A DNA stretch of 64,000 nt from Candidatus Woesearchaeota archaeon (lineage in GTDB: Archaea > Nanobdellota > Nanobdellia > Pacearchaeales > GW2011-AR1): contig CAYIGH010000003.1 of NCBI GenBank assembly GCA_964362915.1, positions 1,756 through 65,755 of the forward strand. The letters are read 5' to 3'. Made by a program: the position numbers and the translations under genes. Below are positions 58,396 to 64,000 of the stretch, in pieces. Within the stretch, counting starts at the first letter, position 1. Every line of letters starts with the position of its first letter. The notes under the pieces are model-generated. The model saw only the letters and a list, made by a program, of their open reading frames with translations, ran no database searches and had not been told where the DNA came from.

Positions 58396-60672
58396 TCAAC
58401 CCCAATAATAATAATCAAAAAATCTATTATCAGTTGCTATTACACTGCCAGTAATCGTTCCACCACTAGTTTCTCCACTGCTCGTCCCTGTACTTCCGCT
58501 CGTGCCACTGCTTTCTGTAGTTGTAGTACTGCTTCCCTCGCTAGTTCCACTCGTCCCAGAACTTTCAGTTGTTGTAGTTGTTCCGCTCTCTGTTGTAGTC
58601 GTAGTACTTGGCACTGTTTCCCCTTCAGGCGGCACGAATCCCTCTGGCGGAACAAATCCTTCAGGTGGAATGAAACCTTCCGGAGGTCTGAATTCACCCT
58701 CAGGAGGTCTAAATTCTTCAGGCGACCTAAATTCCCCTTCTGGAGGTCTAAATTCCCTATATCTATTCTCATACTCTTCTCTATAACTTCTCTCCTCTCG
58801 CTCTCTTCTAAACTTTTCTTCTTCATCAAAAAAGCATCTACAAGGTTCTCCAGGAGTTACATCTCCAAAACTACAATCCCACCTGCCTCCTTTTGCCCTG
58901 CATTCTCCGGCAAAATTCTCTTCATATCTCTTAGTTTCAGCAAATCTCTTTTTAGAGGAATCTATCATAATTTTCTCACAGCTCTCTCTTGTAAATGCCT
59001 TTGCTTCTTCACATGGCGGAGGCCAATGTCCTCTTCCTTCTCTTCCACCAAAACCAGCAGGCCCTCCAGGCCCTATGCCTTCCAAAGCACCATCATAACA
59101 CTTTAGTCTCTCTTCAGAATTTTGTATTCCTCTACAATCAGGCCCAAATCCAGGCCCTCTTGGACCTCCACCTTCAGGACCTTCTCCAAACTGCTCTCTC
59201 ATTAATCTCTCACACTTTCTAGGATCATCTCTATGCTCTCCAGTTAATCCTGCTTCTATACATTCTTGAGGTGCATTCTGCTTAAACATAAAAACTCCGC
59301 ATTCTTTAGGATTCCTTAATCCTGCTTCTATACATTCTTGAGGTGCATGCTCCTCAAACATAATTTTCTCGCAAGCTTCTCTTGCCTCTCTTTCATTCTC
59401 AAAACTAATCTCTCCCCTATCCAAGGCATTAAGACATGGTCCTGGTACATTTCTCCTAAACATTACTTCAATGCATGCCTTAGGAGTCTTTGCCCTTTCT
59501 TCCCTACATTCTATCGGCATATGGAATTCAAACTGATCTTCAGAAACGCCTTCTTCTAATTCCTCAAAAACATCCTGCAAATAATCTGGCAATAATTCTT
59601 CTATGCCTTCGGTTGCATCGTCCATCGCCTCACATGCACTTTCATCCCCTGCTTCACACTTAGAAGCCAAGGGCGCAACTATGCTGCATCTGTCAGCAAA
59701 TGGCTTATTTATCTCCTCTAATTCAGAACACTGGCATTCCCTTCCCTGCGTTCTAAAGCATTGGCCCATTACTTCAGCGAATTTTCTAGCTGCCTCTCTC
59801 TGTTCTTCAGTTAAATCATCATCAAGTTCTCTCTGCCATCTGGGAGAATCGTCTTTTGTCCTGCAAACCCTAGCATACTCATTAGGATCTAATTTAGATA
59901 ATTGTTCACATAGCTCTTTAATCTTTGAAGCAATTTCAGCAGCCGCCTCAATTTTCTTCTCCTTGTCTATCACACCTCTAAATTCATCCCTCTCACTATT
60001 AGGAATCTCTTTGTCCATCTCTCTAATCGCTCTTCTTATAACCCTAGAACTTCTCTTAACATCGTCCTTCTCTTCAGGACTTACTTCCTTTTCAACCTCT
60101 CTAGCGCATTCTTCGTATTTCCTCAAAGCATCCTTAGCCTCCTCTATCTTTCCTATCTTCACCATTTCTTTAACTTCAGCAATCTTCTCCTTCCTATTAT
60201 CAATACAATTACCAAACCTGTCAAAAAATTCATCTATGAAGTAAAATGTGCTGTCAGGCGTTATTCCAGCTCCTCCCAGCTCCTCATCAACATTTCCCTC
60301 AAATTCTTCTTCACATTCCCCTTCATAATCTCCATGAGCAATATGGCTTTCCAAAGCACTTCTTGCTATTTCAATAGTATTTGCCTTGCCTTCATCCCCA
60401 GCAGGAATATGGCATACTTTCACTTTTTCCTCTCTATCCTCATCTTCTATTTCGCCTTCCTCTTCCCCTTCATTAGGAGTAGGCGTAGCCTCAGGTGTAG
60501 CTTCAGGTGTTGGTGTTGTCTCTAGGGTTGCCTCTGGCGTTGGAGTAGTTTCAGGAGTTGGTGTAGGCGTAGCCTCGCCCTCTTGAGCAATACCTATTCC
60601 ACTAAATAATAAGATAATAAAAACTAAATAAATAGCCAGAATTCCAAACCCTCTTTTTAACATATATATCAT
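58396..60672 (-). CDS. large secreted surface protein: PT-rich linker, acidic Cys-containing repeat modules, PPEGF repeats and Thr/Ser-rich stalk
   Basis: Signal peptide. TPTPTPETTPTPEATLETTPTPEATPEATPTP. Repeated APQECIEAGL modules. Six PPEG(E)F(R/I/V) repeats. TTTTTESGTTTTTESSGTSG. C-terminus RFFDYYYWG. Confidence 0.5.
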   Translation of the reverse strand: MIYMLKRGFGILAIYLVFIILLFSGIGIAQEGEATPTPTPETTPTPEATLETTPTPEATPEATPTPNEGEEEGEIEDEDREEKVKVCHIPAGDEGKANTIEIARSALESHIAHGDYEGECEEEFEGNVDEELGGAGITPDSTFYFIDEFFDRFGNCIDNRKEKIAEVKEMVKIGKIEEAKDALRKYEECAREVEKEVSPEEKDDVKRSSRVIRRAIREMDKEIPNSERDEFRGVIDKEKKIEAAAEIASKIKELCEQLSKLDPNEYARVCRTKDDSPRWQRELDDDLTEEQREAARKFAEVMGQCFRTQGRECQCSELEEINKPFADRCSIVAPLASKCEAGDESACEAMDDATEGIEELLPDYLQDVFEELEEGVSEDQFEFHMPIECREERAKTPKACIEVMFRRNVPGPCLNALDRGEISFENEREAREACEKIMFEEHAPQECIEAGLRNPKECGVFMFKQNAPQECIEAGLTGEHRDDPRKCERLMREQFGEGPEGGGPRGPGFGPDCRGIQNSEERLKCYDGALEGIGPGGPAGFGGREGRGHWPPPCEEAKAFTRESCEKIMIDSSKKRFAETKRYEENFAGECRAKGGRWDCSFGDVTPGEPCRCFFDEEEKFRREREERSYREEYENRYREFRPPEGEFRSPEEFRPPEGEFRPPEGFIPPEGFVPPEGFVPPEGETVPSTTTTTESGTTTTTESSGTSGTSEGSSTTTTESSGTSGSTGTSSGETSGGTITGSVIATDNRFFDYYYWG

Positions 60673-60916
60673 AAAATCCCAAACTTTTTAAACCTAACTA
60701 AAAACAGATATTGTCAACTTATCGAGAGATAGGCAAATTATCCTCTGCTTTATAGCTTCTTGTGTTTTAATTATATTTTATAAAAATATCCAAAAGTATT
60801 TTATCTTCGGACATTAGATAATAAATAGATTGCAAAAGGATAAAAAATATTGTTTTCATAAAGCGTAGGTATTAATTTCAGGCATATCACGTTATCTTGA
60901 CAGTATCCTAAAAACA

Positions 60917-61714
60917 CTAAAATCCGTACTTTCTATTATAAACCCTGACACTCTCTTCTATATTCTTCCTTGCACTCCCGCTTAAATCTTTACTTATCTC
61001 CGCAATCCCCTTATTAACTAACTTTTCTCCAACAGAATGAACAGCAATGCGAAAAAACCCTCTCTTGCAAAAACTGTGAATCTTTTCAGGCACAAATTGA
61101 ACATTTCCAAAATATTGTATCTCTCCTCTGCTATCATAATAAAAGTTAATTCCCATGCAAGTCAAACCCTCTATTTTGCCCGCAGTTCCTCCAATACTTT
61201 CATTTGCAAGAAGATAATGCATGTGCCCTCTCCCTTTTTCATTCATTAATCTAAGATTATGTAAAATAATCTTGTCATCATTCCTTTCTTTAGAAATCCT
61301 CTTTGAATAATAATTTTCCCAAATCTCTTCAAAAAACCCAATGGGATCAAAATGCTCTCCTAAACAATCAATAACCTTCTCGCCTATTTCTCTATGTGCA
61401 TAAACTCTTCCAATAGGAATATCAAATGCTTCGCATTTTTCCGCAGCAAGCTCTGCTAATCTGTCCAACTGTGCTCGCTGAGGTCCTTGCTCATAAAAAC
61501 TATTCCTAATACGAACATCTAACGAGGTTTTGTCCCATCTGGATTCTACAAAAACAGGAAGATCCTCAAATACTCTGCCTTCAGCATCAATAGTATAATG
61601 AAATCTCTGTAAATTATGTTTTATACTATAAAAAATCGAATACATGGGCCTATCTTCAAATCTAGCCTTATTCCCATGTAAAATTATCTTGTCAATTTCT
61701 CTCATAAAGCCCAC
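60917..61714 (-). CDS. hypothetical protein
   Basis: 265 aa with no confidently recognisable motif. Confidence 0.35.
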   Translation of the reverse strand: MGFMREIDKIILHGNKARFEDRPMYSIFYSIKHNLQRFHYTIDAEGRVFEDLPVFVESRWDKTSLDVRIRNSFYEQGPQRAQLDRLAELAAEKCEAFDIPIGRVYAHREIGEKVIDCLGEHFDPIGFFEEIWENYYSKRISKERNDDKIILHNLRLMNEKGRGHMHYLLANESIGGTAGKIEGLTCMGINFYYDSRGEIQYFGNVQFVPEKIHSFCKRGFFRIAVHSVGEKLVNKGIAEISKDLSGSARKNIEESVRVYNRKYGF

Positions 61715-61810
61715 ACATATTGTGCTTATTTAAATCTTCTTGATGCAATTACTCGCAAGTAATCCAAGAATCATGCAAAGTAATATTATCTTTGCAAACT
61801 TTAAAAAAGC

Positions 61811-62134
61811 ATGAAAAAAATAGCATTTGTATTAGCACTTTTAGGTTTATTCACCCTTCTAATCCTGGCTTTCTCTCTTCCGCCTAAAAAATTATCTTCA
61901 AAAGAGCATCTCTCAGATTTCCAGCCAAATCAGAAATTAATCATAGAAGGAAAAGTCATAAAAGAAACATATAATAAAAATCAAAAAGTTTTGCATCTGG
62001 ATAATAATTTAAATCTTCAATGTCCGAATCCTTGTCCTTCTTTATTAAATAAAAATATTAAGGCAATAATAAGATTAGAATCTTATAATAATAAATACTA
62101 TCTAAAAATTCTAAAATTAAATTATGATAATTAA
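61811..62134 (+). CDS. small secreted protein
   Basis: Signal peptide MKKIAFVLALLGLFTLLILAFS. Confidence 0.4.
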   Translation: MKKIAFVLALLGLFTLLILAFSLPPKKLSSKEHLSDFQPNQKLIIEGKVIKETYNKNQKVLHLDNNLNLQCPNPCPSLLNKNIKAIIRLESYNNKYYLKILKLNYDN

Positions 62135-62160
62135 ATAGCTCTGTTTTATTAAAATAGGCC

Positions 62161-63006
62161 TCAAATTCCCGAAGCCATAAACGCCCACCACGGCCTTCTA
62201 ACTTTTATTACCTCTCCAGTTTCCGCATCTACTTCTACCGCAACCTTTCCTTTCACCTTAAATAATCCAAACATTTTTCCTTCCTTCTCTGCACTAAACT
62301 CATATGCAACCCTATCATTTCCTACTTCCTTTAAAACAATATTGAACCCTAACTCGCCCAACCTTTCAATAGCCTTCTGAGAAGCGGTTTCAGGCATAAT
62401 TTTTATTTCTGCATTTCGGCCATTAGAAAGATGAAAAGTTTTATTTTCTTCTGGATTCAAAGCCTTTTCACATTGCGTTTTACTCTCAAATGTCTGTAAT
62501 CCTTGATACATATATAATCCACAAAACTCCTTCTGCTCACACGCCCTGTTTGAGTTATCAAACCAGTATAAGTTCTTACAGTCATTATTCTCCGAAGCAC
62601 AGGCCTTGCTTCCAACAGCACATTTTCCATTTACACAACTATAGAATGTGCCGCATTTCTGAGGAACAAATCCATCTGGATAACAATCCTCTTTATCTGT
62701 GCAGGTTTTATTCACATCAAAATCTCTACTTCTTTCTTTTCCAACACAAACATTATTTTCACATTCGCAAATATTAACAGCGGCTATGCCAGGACAAGGG
62801 CTAATAGACGAGCAGTTTACTTCTTTTGGGATTTCGTTTATATGATAACAACTTTTATAATATTCAATTTTATCTCCACAACAATAAGGCTTATTTTTTA
62901 AAACGCAATCAGAATCCTCTGTGCAAGAATCAGAATTTATAGCAGAAACCACTCCAATAACTCCAATTAAAAAAACAAACAAAATAATAAAGGCATATTT
63001 TCCCAT
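62161..63006 (-). CDS. secreted Cys-rich protein with C-terminal PepSY-like domain
   Basis: Signal peptide. About 30 Cys in the central region. The C-terminal VAYEFSAEKEGKMFGLFKVKGKVAVEVDAETGEVIKV matches the PepSY pattern (YEV...VDA.TG.V). Confidence 0.45.
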   Translation of the reverse strand: MGKYAFIILFVFLIGVIGVVSAINSDSCTEDSDCVLKNKPYCCGDKIEYYKSCYHINEIPKEVNCSSISPCPGIAAVNICECENNVCVGKERSRDFDVNKTCTDKEDCYPDGFVPQKCGTFYSCVNGKCAVGSKACASENNDCKNLYWFDNSNRACEQKEFCGLYMYQGLQTFESKTQCEKALNPEENKTFHLSNGRNAEIKIMPETASQKAIERLGELGFNIVLKEVGNDRVAYEFSAEKEGKMFGLFKVKGKVAVEVDAETGEVIKVRRPWWAFMASGI

Positions 63007-63202
63007 ATATTCATTAATAAATCGTTATTTATAAACAATACGCTTGCCTCAACCTTCCTTGCACCCTTAGCAGTCTTTAAACATCAATTAATCTCAACAA
63101 TTCAAACTCAAATTTAGAAAAGTAATGAAAATCTCTATATATATCCTTTTCCCAAATAAAAGTAGTAAACAAGATTAAAAAACTGCATTACTCTTTCAAT
63201 AA

Positions 63203-64000
63203 ATGCTCATCGAAATCCTCGCGCTTCTTCTAGGCCTCGTTGCAGGCACAATCACAGGCCTCTTCCCAGGCATTCATGTGAATCTTGTCTCTGTCTTCCT
63301 AGTTTCCATATCGCCAACGCTTTTAAATTATACTTCTCCAATTTCCTTAGTTGTCTTCATAACCTCAATGGCAGTTACTCACTCTTTTCTTGATTTTATA
63401 CCTTCAATTTTTTTAGGCGCCCCTGACGAAGATTCTTTTCTTTCAATTCTCCCTGGCCATGAGCTCCTCAAAAAAGGCCTTGGCCATGAAGCCTTTGTCC
63501 TGACATTATACGGCTCTTTTGTGGCATTATTTATCATATTAATATTTATTCCAATTTTTATTTTTATTCTCCCAAGCGTCCATGAATCAATAACTTACTT
63601 AATTCCTTATCTTCTTATCTTTATTTCGCTCTATCTAATCTTCCAAGAAGAAAATTTCTTAAATTCATTAATAATCTTCTCTCTCGCAGGTCTTCTGGGC
63701 ATTATAACATTCAATCTTCCAGTCAAAGAGCCCCTGCTTCCGCTCTTAACTGGCCTATTTGGCTCATCCGCTTTAATAGTCAGTCTAAAAAATACTTCTT
63801 CTGCGTTAGCAAAGCAAAAAATCTCTCCTCTAAAAAAAATAAAACTGCCAAAAAAACAATTAATTAAATCAGTAATTGCCGCTTCGATTTCAGCTCCCCT
63901 TTGTTCCTTTCTCCCGGGAATCGGCTCAGGACATGCTGCAACAATCGGCTCAGAAATATTCAAGCAAGACAAACGTCAATTTCTTTTCCTAGTTGGCTCA
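63203..64000 (+). CDS. TctA/DUF112-like polytopic membrane protein (partial, continues past window end)
   Basis: MLIEILALLLGLVAGTITGLFPGIHVNL..., GAPDEDSFLSILPGHEL..., LPGIGSGHAA. Not in track because it is open-ended. Confidence 0.4.
   Translation, partial: MLIEILALLLGLVAGTITGLFPGIHVNLVSVFLVSISPTLLNYTSPISLVVFITSMAVTHSFLDFIPSIFLGAPDEDSFLSILPGHELLKKGLGHEAFVLTLYGSFVALFIILIFIPIFIFILPSVHESITYLIPYLLIFISLYLIFQEENFLNSLIIFSLAGLLGIITFNLPVKEPLLPLLTGLFGSSALIVSLKNTSSALAKQKISPLKKIKLPKKQLIKSVIAASISAPLCSFLPGIGSGHAATIGSEIFKQDKRQFLFLVGS

Noticed and set aside
58620-58760. Regularly spaced about 15-nt DNA repeats (ggaggtctaaattc...) that superficially resemble a short CRISPR-like array
   Set aside because: They lie in-frame inside a long ORF and encode PPEGEF peptide repeats, with no spacer or repeat architecture.
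63631-63972. 113-aa minus-strand ORF
   Set aside because: It is antisense to a clear TctA-like membrane-protein frame running to the window end.
1-64000. Search for rRNA, tRNA and CRISPR arrays
   Set aside because: No GC-rich tRNA-like cloverleaf segments, no rRNA-like conserved stretches and no regularly spaced identical direct repeats with unique spacers were seen by eye. A covariance-model scan would be needed to be sure.

Overview
This is a low-GC (about 30%) archaeal window, most likely a DPANN-type lineage. Archaeal hallmarks are a RadA recombinase, aEF-1beta, an RPA with a zinc ribbon, an archaeal-type TyrRS, a Hef helicase with an XPF nuclease, a PibD/FlaK-type prepilin peptidase, and many class-III (pilin-type) signal peptides.

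The first ~35 kb is mostly housekeeping and envelope genes:
- radA is interrupted by two LAGLIDADG inteins.
- A type-IV-pilus-like locus runs from 10.2 to 24.1 kb. It holds the peptidase, about 10 tandem pilin-like genes with ATGA-coupled starts, a TadC/FlaJ-like platform protein and a FlaI/PilB-family ATPase. A very AT-rich Fic-toxin islet sits inside it.
- A split Hef helicase / XPF nuclease pair has a VapBC toxin-antitoxin module inserted between the two halves.

The second half (28-63 kb) is an accessory, surface-protein-rich region:
- Six large secreted cysteine-rich proteins each carry a dockerin-like pair of Ca-binding repeats.
- Two of them sit in a duplicated [small TM protein + dockerin protein] cassette that shares a conserved ~100-nt 5' module.
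- Two RTX-like Ca-repeat proteins, a higher-GC islet bounded by a small intergenic repeat family and tandem hairpins, a second VapBC pair, and an N4/N6-MTase with a convergent putative restriction endonuclease are also present.
- A PT-linker surface protein with PPEGF repeats and a Cys-rich PepSY protein complete the set.

No rRNA, tRNA or CRISPR array was recognisable by eye.
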